A stretch of 64,000 nt of DNA, taken from positions 1 through 64,000 of IMG/VR virus record IMGVR_UViG_3300012953_000019; one strand, given 5' to 3'. The notes below the pieces were generated by a model. That model worked only from the letters and a program-made list of their open reading frames with translations. It was not told where the DNA came from and did not search any database. The position numbers and the translations under genes are program-made. The stretch comes from a virus. Positions 46,202 to 57,400 of this stretch are shown one piece after another (within the stretch, counting starts at the first letter, position 1; each line of letters begins with the position of its first letter).

Positions 46202-46597
46202 ATGAGAAAAGAACCTGTAAGACTCTACAAAGATATTGATATGAAGTTTACAAAGAACTTTATATCCAAAGACATTGGCAAAAAATATGATGTCCATGCT
46301 GTTAGGCAGGCGATGAAAAATATAATTTATACCAATCTGAATGAAAGACCCTTTGAACCTAATTGGGGATCTCAGATACGCCAGTTGATGTTTGAGCCAA
46401 TAGATGATACTACTGGCAATGCATTACAAAAACTTATAGCACAAGCAATTAACAATCACGAACCTAGAGTTAATCTATCAAGAGTGCAAGTGCTTGCAAA
46501 TCAAAATGATAATGAATATCGTGTTTACGTATATTATTACATATTAGGTATCAAAGATTTACAAGAAATGGATTTAGTCCTAACGAGATTAAGATAA
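46202..46597 (+). CDS. gp25: baseplate wedge gp25
   Basis: YKDID, AVRQAMKNII.T...ERPFEP.WGS.I..LMFE, I.NHEPRV. Confidence 0.93.
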   Translation: MRKEPVRLYKDIDMKFTKNFISKDIGKKYDVHAVRQAMKNIIYTNLNERPFEPNWGSQIRQLMFEPIDDTTGNALQKLIAQAINNHEPRVNLSRVQVLANQNDNEYRVYVYYYILGIKDLQEMDLVLTRLR

Positions 46598-46884
46598 TGC
46601 CAGCTGTAGCAATTTCTCCAGGAACAGTAGTAGACACCGCAGGCACAGGCGCAATAACGGCATCTAATGTTACCGTAAAATCTCTTGGTCAAAATATTCT
46701 TGTTGTAGGAGATGTTGTTGCGGCACATTCATCGGGTGGTAATACTCACCCAGCAACTACAATTACATCTGGATCTGCTACAGTAAAAATAAATGGAAAG
46801 CCAGTTGCATATAGTGGTTCTGTAGCGGGGTGTGCTGGTGCAGTATCAACATCATTTTCCCCAACAGTCAATGTTGGCGCATAA
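46597..46884 (+). CDS. PAAR-family spike tip (gp5.4-like)
   Basis: VGD.VAAHS....HP....SGSATVKINGKPVAY.G...GC. Confidence 0.85.
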   Translation: MPAVAISPGTVVDTAGTGAITASNVTVKSLGQNILVVGDVVAAHSSGGNTHPATTITSGSATVKINGKPVAYSGSVAGCAGAVSTSFSPTVNVGA

Positions 46885-46912
46885 ATAAAAATAAAGAGAG
46901 AAGAGAAAAAAC

Positions 46913-48826
46913 ATGGCAATCAAAAACGTCACAAATTTAGACTTTGAAGAAGTAAAACAAAATCTTAAAACTCATCTTCAATCACAAGAAGAGTTTTCTG
47001 ATTATAATTTTGATGCTTCCGGGCTGTCTGTTTTGGTCGATCTTCTTGCTTATAATACACATTATAATGCAGTTATGGCTCATATGATTGCGAATGAATC
47101 ATTTATTGATTCCGCAGTAAAAAGGAATTCAGTTGTTTCTATTGCAAAAACAATGGGATATACTCCTAGATCAGCAAGGTCTGCAAAAGCATATATTGAT
47201 CTGACTATTACACCAGATCCTACATACACTTCCAATACGCTATTTATTCCAAGATCCACAATATTTACTACATCTGTAAATGGTAAATCATATTCTTTCT
47301 TGCCATCAACGGACAGAACAATTACAAAAAGTTTTACTTCTTCTGGTGCTGAACAGTTTGTTACAACAGGGATTGAATTGGTTGAAGGTAGACGTACAAC
47401 AACATCTGAAATTATTAGTGCCAACAACTTACAGGGTCCAATACTATTACCAAATAATAATGTAGACACTACTACAATTCAAGTAACTGTAAAAGAAAAC
47501 ACAAATAGTAGTGTTACAGATACCTATGCATTTTCAGATACAATTTTAGATGTAACAAGCACATCAAAAGTTTTTTATATCGAAGAAGCAACTTCTGGAT
47601 TTTATGAAGTATCTTTTGGTGACGGTGTTTTAGGTAAAAAACTAGAAATAGGAAATATTGTAACAGTAGAATATATTGTTTGTAGTGGCGAAGTCGCAAA
47701 CGGAGCTAGATCATTTAGGAACTCACAAAATTTATCAGGAGCAAACGAAACTATTACTGGAACAGTAACAACAACCGCAAGTGGTGGAGCTGTTAGAGAA
47801 GATGTTGAAAGTATTAGATTCACTGCTCCTAGATATAATGCAGTAAAAAATAGAATCGTAACAAGAACAGATTATGAAACTGTTATTAAAGCCGCAAATC
47901 CAAACATTAAGTCCGTTACCGCGTGGGGTGGAGAAGACAATGATCCTCCTATTTACGGAAGAGTTTTCGTATCGCTACAACCAGAAGACGGATTTACGAT
48001 TACAACAGAAGAAAAGAACACTCTCAAGAATGATGTAATTTCTTTAAAACAACCTATTACAATGGATACCCAGTTTGTAGATCCAGAGTTCACTTTTATT
48101 GGTTTAAATATTTCAGCAACATATGACCCTAAAGTAACCGCACAATCTCCTTCTGCATTAGAAGCATTAATCATTGCCGAAGTACAAAGTTATTTTGCTG
48201 GCACACTAAACGCTCTGAAGAAAAATTTCTATTACTCATTTATAACTAATAGAATTAATAATGTGTCTAAGTCTATTATAGGTAATAATATTGAGTTGCG
48301 TATTCAAAAACGCATTGTTCCAGTATTAAATAATAACACTAGATATGAACCTAAATTCAACAATAAAATTTTACCCAATTCTATTAGAACAAATTACTTT
48401 GATGTAATTATAAACAACGTAACATATTCTAAAGTTTCAATAGTAGATAAACCTAATGCTGATGTTCTTGCTCCAGTTTATTCTGGTTTAGGAGTTTTAG
48501 AACTACGTGACGTTGATTCTTCTACTATTTTGTTAGAAAATTTAGGAACTATTGATTATGATACGGGCGCGCTTGACATAAAATCATTGAATGTATCTTC
48601 TGTTAGTGGTGCAGTGAGTGATATAAGAATTAGTGCAACACCACATGAAGGATCTAAAGACATTTCTACTGATATTTTAATTAGAACTTCAGAAGAACAA
48701 AAATTTGCAGTTACTCCTTTACCGGCAAGAAATATTATATTGAATTTGGACAAAAGTTCGGTTGATACCATCAATAATATAAGAGCAGGAGTAACTGTTA
48801 CAATGGTACCGAGAGTAGCTGATTAA
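46913..48826 (+). CDS. gp6: baseplate wedge gp6
   Basis: LDFEEVKQNLK..L, FSDYNFDASGLSVLVDLLAYNTHYN, SAVKRNSVVSIAK.MGY.P.S, RIVTRTDYE, AWGGED. Confidence 0.95.
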   Translation: MAIKNVTNLDFEEVKQNLKTHLQSQEEFSDYNFDASGLSVLVDLLAYNTHYNAVMAHMIANESFIDSAVKRNSVVSIAKTMGYTPRSARSAKAYIDLTITPDPTYTSNTLFIPRSTIFTTSVNGKSYSFLPSTDRTITKSFTSSGAEQFVTTGIELVEGRRTTTSEIISANNLQGPILLPNNNVDTTTIQVTVKENTNSSVTDTYAFSDTILDVTSTSKVFYIEEATSGFYEVSFGDGVLGKKLEIGNIVTVEYIVCSGEVANGARSFRNSQNLSGANETITGTVTTTASGGAVREDVESIRFTAPRYNAVKNRIVTRTDYETVIKAANPNIKSVTAWGGEDNDPPIYGRVFVSLQPEDGFTITTEEKNTLKNDVISLKQPITMDTQFVDPEFTFIGLNISATYDPKVTAQSPSALEALIIAEVQSYFAGTLNALKKNFYYSFITNRINNVSKSIIGNNIELRIQKRIVPVLNNNTRYEPKFNNKILPNSIRTNYFDVIINNVTYSKVSIVDKPNADVLAPVYSGLGVLELRDVDSSTILLENLGTIDYDTGALDIKSLNVSSVSGAVSDIRISATPHEGSKDISTDILIRTSEEQKFAVTPLPARNIILNLDKSSVDTINNIRAGVTVTMVPRVAD

Positions 48827-51800
48827 TGAGTGTATCTCCTAGATTTCAGAAATACTTAAAAAATATTACTGTCACAAACGGTGGCAGTGGTTTTCAGGCT
48901 GGCAATTCTAATGTCCTGACTTCTGGAGATCAGCAATATGCTCTTGATTATTTTGGAGAAAATTATGTTCTCTTCTTTGGACAAACTACAACTACACTTG
49001 TAGCAGATTTAAAAGTATTAATTGGTGCACCAACAAGTACAATACCAGGTGATGAATTAGCACAAGCAACCGCTACAGTAACTCTAAATTCTTCTGGTGT
49101 AGTTACCGCAATTAATATTACAAACATTGGTGATGGATACATTACTGCACCAACTGTAGAACTTATAGGTACTCCCAGTCTATTAACAAATACTTCAACC
49201 ACTGATATATTAAGAGATAATGGCACTTATAGCGACATTGCAACTACGTCTGACGGAATAGGAACAGGCGTTACAGTTGATATTATAGTAGAAAATGGAG
49301 ACATTGTTAAGATTCTACCTTCTGGTGGAGAAGATTATAGAATAGGAGAAACTCTTACTGTAAGTGCTATCTCTATAGGTGGTACAGGTGAAGAAGATCC
49401 TATCACATTTACAGTTACAAAAATTAATGGTGGTAGTGGATTTACTGCAACTGTAGAATTAGATCAAGTTGGTAAAGAAAATTCTTATTATCCAGAAAAA
49501 GTATCTACTACTATAACAAATCAAATACCAGAATTTATTCGTGATGAATATCCTGTATTTGCTACATTTATTAAAAAATACTATGAGTATCTTGAATCCA
49601 ATACGACATCGTTTGGAATGGCTCCCACAAATGTTATTAATACCATACAAGATAGATTGGATATTGATTTCAGAGATAATTTAGAAGCAACAAGTACTGA
49701 TTTCTTAGATCAATTTTTTGAAGATTATGGTAAAGATTTTCCTGTTACTATGCAAGCAGATAAAACTCTTCTTGTAAAACACATAACAGATTTCTATACC
49801 TCTAAGGGTACTAAAAAAGCAATAGAAAATCTATTCAAGATAATGTACAATGAGAACGTTGAAGTTTTTGTTCCTAATTCTCTTGTTCTAAGACCATCTG
49901 ATAATAATTGGTCAAGAGAATATGTAGTTAAAGTATATGAAAATATATTCTTACCTTCTACTGGTGGTACAATATATGACCCAGTAGAGTTTGAAGGTAA
50001 AGCAGTTGTTATAAGTTACTTTGAATCTGTCGGATCAGTTACTACTAGAAAAGAAAGAGAAACTGTTGTTAAACAGGTTAAGAAACTTTCTTATACTGTA
50101 CCACAAGCATATGAACTTACTTTAGAGTTGCCAGATGATTTTGTAATTCCAAGTATAGGAACAGGAGCAACTTATACTGCGGTAATTGGTGGTAAAATTG
50201 CTACTGTAAATTCTATAGGCGCAACAGATGCCAGCAGAACTGCTGGTACGTATGCTATAGACACCACGGAATATACAACAAACGGTAACGGCACGGGTGC
50301 AGAATTTAGTGTATTCGTAGACAATAATGGTCAGGCTACGGTATCTATTACCACAGTAGGAGATAACTATGCTCCGGGTGAGACCATTACTATTCCTGAT
50401 ACAAGATTAGGAAATGGTGGTGCCGCGGCATTAACATTTAATATTGCTACAATTACAGATGGTAAGATATTTTCTGTTACTATCGATAGTGCTGGTGAAC
50501 AATACTCAGCAAATTATCCTTTAATCGTAACAGCGGATTCAAGCGATACAATTACGCAAGTTGCTGATCCTCTTGTACGAGTTACGAGTGGTAAAGCAAC
50601 CTCTGTGGTTTTTGTAGATGATGTAAATGGAGTTGGATACAATCATGTTCCTCAATTAAGAGAGGCACTTTATTTCCAAGCCGCTTATATAAGTTTAACA
50701 ACTGATGATAGAACCGATGTAAATAGTAAACGTGCAATACCAAATAGAATTTTACATAAAGTTTCAGTAAAGTCAACTACTGGAGAAGCAAATGGAGGAT
50801 TTGCTGTTGGTCAATCTTATATGGTTGACGAAAACGCATCATTAAGTCCATATGCAATAGATTATTTTTCTGAAGATTATACATTAACTGGTATTGCGAA
50901 TCGCGCATTTGTTAAAGTCGCACAAATTGGAACAGATAATTTTCCAACTGCACTAGACGTAATTGCTATCGGAGCTGGATTCCAATCATCTACATTTGAT
51001 TTTAATATTGTATCTCCTTTAGGTTATACAACAACTCTTACTTGTACTACAGGATATAATGCAATTTATCCTGGAATCTTTGAAGACACAAGTGGGTTCT
51101 TGTCTGATGCAAATAAATTACAAGATAGTAGACTGTATCAAGCATTCTCATATCAAATTAGATCAGAAAGACCTAAAACAGAATGGGGCGAATTTGTAAA
51201 ACGGGCGGCTCATCCATCTGGTATGGTAGCCTTCTCTGATTTACAAATAAGAAATTCTGTTGATTTTACTACTGTTACTTCTGTAGATACTGATCTATTC
51301 TTCTATGTGGTTATGCCAGATATAGAAGAAGTTCTTGTAAGTGAAACCGTTGCCAAAGACATACACTTGCCTTCAGAAGCAGATACATATGCAACATCTG
51401 AACCATACTACTCTATGGAACCAGGTCTTAATAAAGTAGAGACTACAGACTTTATTCATACAATTGCTAAAGATATAGAAACTGTATACATTGATACACT
51501 TACTCCATTCCATGGATCACTTATATTTGGTGTAGAAGCAGTTTTAATTGACAATAGTATAGTTGATGATAATGCTCCAATACTTGTTATTGAAAGTGTA
51601 TTGGCAGATACTTATAGCGCAGATGATACTCCTTCACTAGAAGCTGGTAGAATATTATCAGATAGTTACCAATTTGAAGATACTGATTCTGAATACGCAG
51701 TAGATTATTTTGCAAATGATTCTGGTAATTATACTGCCGGAGTTCCTCTTGTAGTAATTGATTTTGATAAGCATTTCGATCAGTTGACGTTTGGTCCATA

Positions 51801-52320
51801 TGCATTGGATTACTTTGCAGAAGATTATGTAGACGAAACTTCTGAAGCGAACTCAAACAATGCAGGCGATAGAGTACATTACTCAGACGTACCTTCACTT
51901 GAGTGGCAATCAGGAAATATTGTAGATACATTTAGTGTCCAAGATTCTGCTACGGTTACTTTAGTTGTAATCAGAAGTGCGACTGACTCAGTAACAACTG
52001 CCGATAGTGTACAATTATTAAATATTGGATTGGGTCCAACAGAAATAGTTTCAACTGCTGACTCAATAAATGTGATGAATGTCACCACGACATATACAGA
52101 TACTTACACATCACAAGATGTCTTGACAGGAAAAGATGTGGGTATGTTACCTACAGAATCCATAGAAACATCTGAAAATGTGTTGAAATTCCCGAGTATA
52201 AATAAAACAGATACATCAAACGCAAATGAATCTGGATCAGTTACAAAATCAGATTTTGTTGATAGTACTGATTACTTCTTAGAAGATTATGTCGCATCTG
52301 AAGTAAGAAGCATTGCGTAA
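48826..52320 (+). CDS. gp7: baseplate wedge initiator gp7-like, with insertions
   Basis: QIPEFIRDEYPVFATFIKKYYEYLE, FYTSKGT, LQDS..YQAFSYQIRS, AHPSG; follows gp6. Confidence 0.7.
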   Translation: MSVSPRFQKYLKNITVTNGGSGFQAGNSNVLTSGDQQYALDYFGENYVLFFGQTTTTLVADLKVLIGAPTSTIPGDELAQATATVTLNSSGVVTAINITNIGDGYITAPTVELIGTPSLLTNTSTTDILRDNGTYSDIATTSDGIGTGVTVDIIVENGDIVKILPSGGEDYRIGETLTVSAISIGGTGEEDPITFTVTKINGGSGFTATVELDQVGKENSYYPEKVSTTITNQIPEFIRDEYPVFATFIKKYYEYLESNTTSFGMAPTNVINTIQDRLDIDFRDNLEATSTDFLDQFFEDYGKDFPVTMQADKTLLVKHITDFYTSKGTKKAIENLFKIMYNENVEVFVPNSLVLRPSDNNWSREYVVKVYENIFLPSTGGTIYDPVEFEGKAVVISYFESVGSVTTRKERETVVKQVKKLSYTVPQAYELTLELPDDFVIPSIGTGATYTAVIGGKIATVNSIGATDASRTAGTYAIDTTEYTTNGNGTGAEFSVFVDNNGQATVSITTVGDNYAPGETITIPDTRLGNGGAAALTFNIATITDGKIFSVTIDSAGEQYSANYPLIVTADSSDTITQVADPLVRVTSGKATSVVFVDDVNGVGYNHVPQLREALYFQAAYISLTTDDRTDVNSKRAIPNRILHKVSVKSTTGEANGGFAVGQSYMVDENASLSPYAIDYFSEDYTLTGIANRAFVKVAQIGTDNFPTALDVIAIGAGFQSSTFDFNIVSPLGYTTTLTCTTGYNAIYPGIFEDTSGFLSDANKLQDSRLYQAFSYQIRSERPKTEWGEFVKRAAHPSGMVAFSDLQIRNSVDFTTVTSVDTDLFFYVVMPDIEEVLVSETVAKDIHLPSEADTYATSEPYYSMEPGLNKVETTDFIHTIAKDIETVYIDTLTPFHGSLIFGVEAVLIDNSIVDDNAPILVIESVLADTYSADDTPSLEAGRILSDSYQFEDTDSEYAVDYFANDSGNYTAGVPLVVIDFDKHFDQLTFGPYALDYFAEDYVDETSEANSNNAGDRVHYSDVPSLEWQSGNIVDTFSVQDSATVTLVVIRSATDSVTTADSVQLLNIGLGPTEIVSTADSINVMNVTTTYTDTYTSQDVLTGKDVGMLPTESIETSENVLKFPSINKTDTSNANESGSVTKSDFVDSTDYFLEDYVASEVRSIA

Positions 52321-52324
52321 GTGT

Positions 52325-52332
52325 TATAAATA
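52325..52332 (+). promoter_or_regulatory. T4-type late promoter
   Basis: Intergenic TATAAATA; AGGAGA SD downstream. Confidence 0.8.
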
Positions 52333-52371
52333 GAATTGTAAAATGTTCGTAAAAACCCATAGGAGATAAAA

Positions 52372-52824
52372 ATGGACAGCAAGTTAAAACTAAACGCTAC
52401 AGGCAAGTTGCACGTAGCACTTTATGGACCGGATGGTTCTTTGAAAGAAGAGCGTTCGGTTACCAACGTGGTAGTAGACGATGGTCTAGACCACATCGCA
52501 AGTAGATTAGGGGCATCCTCTGCACCAACTGCAATGTCACACATGGCAATTGGATCAAGCAGTACTGCCGCAGCCGCCGCGGACTCATCACTTGGAACAG
52601 AACTAGGTAGAGTTGCACTAACATCTACGACTGTTACTAATTCATCCGTACAGTACATTGGAGATTTTCCAGCTGGTACTGGTACAGGTGCAGTAGTTGA
52701 AGCCGGTGTATTAAATGCATCAAGTGGTGGAACATTATTGTGCCGAACTGTTTTTGCAGTGGTTAACAAAGGTGCCGCGGATACGTTGAAGATTACTTGG
52801 ACCGTAACTGTAGCTGATTCTTAA
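52372..52824 (+). CDS. small virion structural protein
   Basis: NVVVDDGL...MAIGS...LGTELGR...FPAG.GTG.VVEAGV.N...L.CRTVF..VNK...DTL.ITW pattern typical of tail-associated proteins. Confidence 0.7.
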   Translation: MDSKLKLNATGKLHVALYGPDGSLKEERSVTNVVVDDGLDHIASRLGASSAPTAMSHMAIGSSSTAAAAADSSLGTELGRVALTSTTVTNSSVQYIGDFPAGTGTGAVVEAGVLNASSGGTLLCRTVFAVVNKGAADTLKITWTVTVADS

Positions 52825-52844
52825 TATAGTTTAGGTATCTAATA

Positions 52845-54470
52845 GTGACTTTACTACTTACAAATCAGGCTAGAGTACAGAACGCCAGATCATTCTACAG
52901 GGATGTATTCAATAATAAGGACTACTTTTATTTTTATGCAAGTAGACCCTTACCTTGGACAGATGATCTGGTGCCAACTACTCCTGAAGATGCCCAGTCG
53001 CAACTTTCTGATGTTAGACGAGATACTCTTTTTGTAAAAAGAGTCCAGGGAGCAGATTGCTGTCTTCTTGCCACACGCAGAGATTGGGTAAGTGGTACGG
53101 TTTATGATCAGTATGATGACTCTTATACAGCATCAAATACTGCAACCAGTGGTGCCACATCTTTAGCCACATCATTGTTTTATGTGATGACAAGTGATTT
53201 CAATGTATATAAATGTATTGAAAATAATAATGGTGCTCAAAGTACTAGAAAACCAACCAGCACAGGCGCAGAAGTTTTTGAGTTAAATGACGGATACAAA
53301 TGGAAATTTATGTATCAAGTTGCTGTTGCAGATAGAGGTAAGTTTTTAACGGATGATTATATTCCTGTAAGAAAGGCTTCTGGTTCTGGTCAACCAGCAT
53401 TTGATGTGAATGGAGAAATTGATACTTTAACCATAACTGCTGGTGGTTCTGGATATACTAGTGCGCCCATTGTTACTATTGAAGGTGATGGAACAGGAGC
53501 ATCTGCAACTGCTACATTATCTGGTGGAGCAGTATCGGCAATTACTTTAGATACAGAAGGAATGGGATATTCATTCGCTTTTGTTAAGTTTACTGGCGGT
53601 GGGGGCACTGGTGCTACCGCTACAGCTACTTTAGGATCAACAGAGACAGATACACTACAGTCAAACGTTGAATCACAAGCAGTTGCAGGAACCCTTGATC
53701 GCATTATCGTTACTGCTGCCGGGGTAGATTATACTTCTGGAGATGCACTAATTAGTATTATAGGTGATGGAACAGGCGCAACTGCTACTCCAACTATTAA
53801 TGCGAGAGGAGAAATTACCGGAATTACCGTAGTATCACCAGGAACAGGATACTCTTTTGCTGATATTACAGTAACACAAACTTTGGGTACTGGTAGTGGA
53901 GCAACATTCCGTGCAGTGAGTTCTCCTATTAATGGGCACGGATCTCACGCACAAAAAGAATTGTTTGCAAAAAATGTTGGCGTAAATGTATCGTTCTCAA
54001 ATGACAATGATGATATTATTGTTGGAGATCCACTCTCATCACCACCTGCAGGTCAAGATTTTAGACAGATAGGTATTATAAAAAATATTACACAGTATGG
54101 AAGTAGCACATTGTTTACCAATACAACTGCAACTCCATGTTTTATAATTTCAGTATCAAACACAGGCGAGTATAGTTTAGACGATGTTATAACATCATCC
54201 GACGGTGGAAAATTTATTGTAATACAAAAAGTAGATTCTGACAACAACGCCGCATACGATCAAATATACTTACAACGAATATATGGCAATATAACTGCTT
54301 CATCAACATTAACAAATGCAACAACATCAACTGGAAATTTGAGTATAAATAGTATTACAAATCCAGAGATTAATGTATTTTCAGGAGATATTCTTTACGT
54401 TGACAATAGACGACCTGTTGTCAGAGATGTTGATCAAACAGAAACTATTAAAGTCGTATTTAAATTTTAG
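52845..54470 (+). CDS. gp8: baseplate wedge gp8
   Basis: YFYASRPLPW, RRDWVSGTVYDQY, FYVMTSDFNVYKC, DGYKWKFMY, SGDILYVDNR.P..R...QTE.IK.V.KF. Confidence 0.88.
   Translation: MTLLLTNQARVQNARSFYRDVFNNKDYFYFYASRPLPWTDDLVPTTPEDAQSQLSDVRRDTLFVKRVQGADCCLLATRRDWVSGTVYDQYDDSYTASNTATSGATSLATSLFYVMTSDFNVYKCIENNNGAQSTRKPTSTGAEVFELNDGYKWKFMYQVAVADRGKFLTDDYIPVRKASGSGQPAFDVNGEIDTLTITAGGSGYTSAPIVTIEGDGTGASATATLSGGAVSAITLDTEGMGYSFAFVKFTGGGGTGATATATLGSTETDTLQSNVESQAVAGTLDRIIVTAAGVDYTSGDALISIIGDGTGATATPTINARGEITGITVVSPGTGYSFADITVTQTLGTGSGATFRAVSSPINGHGSHAQKELFAKNVGVNVSFSNDNDDIIVGDPLSSPPAGQDFRQIGIIKNITQYGSSTLFTNTTATPCFIISVSNTGEYSLDDVITSSDGGKFIVIQKVDSDNNAAYDQIYLQRIYGNITASSTLTNATTSTGNLSINSITNPEINVFSGDILYVDNRRPVVRDVDQTETIKVVFKF
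54344..54351 (+). promoter_or_regulatory. possible internal late promoter for the 2208-aa gene
   Basis: Exact TATAAATA inside the 3' end of gp8, about 130 nt before the next ATG; may be chance in AT-rich DNA. Confidence 0.4.
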
Positions 54471-54479
54471 GACAAAGAA

Positions 54480-57400
54480 ATGGCACTAGACCTTAACGTA
54501 TCACCATATTATGACGATTTTGATGCATCAAAACAGTTTGAAAAAGTTCTTTTCAAACCTGGTGTAGCCGTACAGGCGCGAGAATTAACTCAACTTCAGT
54601 CATATCTTTCTAACGCTATCAACAATTCTGCTAGGTTTGCTCTTTCAGATGGTCAAAGAGTATTTGGTGGTGAGTCCACAATTTTACGTAAACCATATAT
54701 TAAAATCAATGATGTTGACGCTTCTGGCACTACCGTTGTAGATGCTGATCTATCAACATATGTAGGAGATACGATTACAGGATCAGTTACTGGAATCACA
54801 GCAAAAATTTTATCATCGCAAACTGGTACTGACTCTGATAATAGAGATAAGAAAACTTTTTACCTAGCTTATACTGGTGGTAATCCTACTGGCGCTGGAT
54901 CTGAGGGTAGTTCGATTCACTTTGACACAGGAGAAACTCTCACTGTATCATCAACTGTAACTGCTAGAAATGGTAAGACATTTGTAGTTGATAATACAGT
55001 AAGTAATACTGACGTATCTTTAAACTATTATGGGTATGGATTGTTTTTCGTAATTGCAGATGGTGTATTTTTTGCAAAAAAACAATTTGTAACTCACAAC
55101 AGACAAGAAATTTTATTAGACAAATATAAAACTAATGGAAGTTTTTACGTAGGTCTTAAAGTAACTGAATCTGTAGTAAATTCTGATTCTGATGCATCTC
55201 TACTTGATCCTTCATCTGGTTCATTTAATTACAACGCACCGGGTGCAGATAGATATAAAGTCACAACGACACTTTCTAAGAAATCACTTACAGTCGATAA
55301 CAATTTCCAGTTAGAAGCCGACGAAGATTTCGTTGCGGTTGACAAAATTATAGATGGTAGTTATTATCAAAAACTTCCAGACGATGCTGGCGCTCTTGCT
55401 GAATTGGGTAGAATTCTTGCTGAAAGAACGCATGAAGAATCTGGTAACTACATGGTTCATCCATTTACTTTGCAGGTTCAAGAGCATCTTAAAACTTCTT
55501 TTAACAAGGGTAGATTTGCGCCTGACGATCCTGACAGACCAGGAAACTCGCAAAAATTAGCGTGTATTATTGGTAATGGTACTGCATATGTTGGTGGATA
55601 TAGATATAATTTTCAAACTCCAACAGTAGTAGATATTGATAAAGCAACAACGACCGCAATTCAAGAAGGACAAACAATATCGACAGGATACGGAAACTAT
55701 TTCATTGTAGATGAATTTGTCGGTGCTTGGAATATTAAAGATGGAGATACAGTAACACTTTATGACACCGCAAAAAATGCGGCATCTGGTGGTGGTTATG
55801 GTTCTACAGCCGCACCAACATCTAGTAATATTGTTGGTCAAGCAAAAATTAAAAATCTATATTACGAATCTGGTACTATTGGCACATCAACTTGTAAGTA
55901 TAGAATATACTTGTATGATATTTCCATAACAAAAGGTAAACTTGAAGACGCTGAAGGAATATACTATTCAAATAGTACTGATAGTGGATTTGCTGATATA
56001 GTTCTTGAGGGTAGTCCTGCAATTGCAAAAATTAAAGAACAAACACAAAACAAATTAATCTTTAGGGCTCCATACTCAAATGCAAAAACTCTTGCGGCAG
56101 CCGGTGGTGGTAGCTATGATACGCAATATTACTATCAAGAAGAATTTGATGTAACTTTTGCTTCTGATGGTACTACAACCATAAGCACTACAGGAACATC
56201 TCAATTCCCATATTCAGGAAGTGTTACCCAAACAATCATCGATCAAAATTTCATATTGGTAGCAACTCAGGCTGCAACTATTAATAGCACTGCAACCCAA
56301 GAAGGAAGAGTAATTCCACTAACTCCTTCTATGATTACAAGTGCTAGTACTGGTGCAATCAGTTTCGATTTAGGAACTGTTAGTGGAGCATTTACGGCAA
56401 AAATGTTTGTAAAGGTCGTTAATGTTGATGCTCAACCAACACCAAAAATTTTAGTATCTAATGTTTATGTTAAAATCGATACTGCTACAAATTTTGGTGG
56501 AGCAAACGGTCCATGGGATTTAGGAATATCTGATGTTTTCCAAATAGATGAAGTTTATGTGGGTTCAACTTATTCAGAAGCAACAAATAATGTACAAGCC
56601 AATTTTGTTTTAGATACTGGTCAAACAGACAATGTTTATGGTCACGGTAAATTAGTTAAGAGTGATACAAAACCAATTTCTACTACCAATAAAAAAATAG
56701 TTGTAAAATTAAAATGTTTCACACCAAACTATGCGGCTACTGGTGGCACTTATTTTGCAATTGATTCATATCCCGTAGACGATACAGGAAATACTGGTAT
56801 TTTTTCATATCAGATGCCTACATATAAATCAATAAAAACAGGACCTTATAGATTACAAGACTGTATTGACTTTAGACCTTATGTTGTTAATACTGCGGTT
56901 ACATCAACAGCAACTTTGGCTGCCGCAACTGAAAATCCAACCAGAAGTAATACTATTAATCCTCCTTCTGACGGACTACAACACCCATCACCCATAAACA
57001 ATTTTACAACTGATGTAGAATTTTATCTTGCTAGACAAGATGTAGTAACGATTACACCTACAGGAAAATTTAATGTAATTAAAGGTGTTCCTTCTCTTAA
57101 TCCTCAAGTGCCTATAATTCCGGAATCAGAAGGAATGTCAATTGCAGGTATAGGTATTCCTCCATATCCTAGTGTATCTCCATTTCTCGGAGCTGTTACA
57201 GGACATCCAAATGTAGTAGGTAGAAAGCTGACGTTAGCTCGTAGATATTCTATGGCGGACATTAAGAGAATCGAAACAAGAATTGGTCGATTAGAATACT
57301 ACACTGCACTTTCTCTCATGGAGCAAGAACAACAAAACATGAACATAGAAGATGCAGATGGAAATACTAGATTTAAAAATGGTATTTTTATTAATACCTT

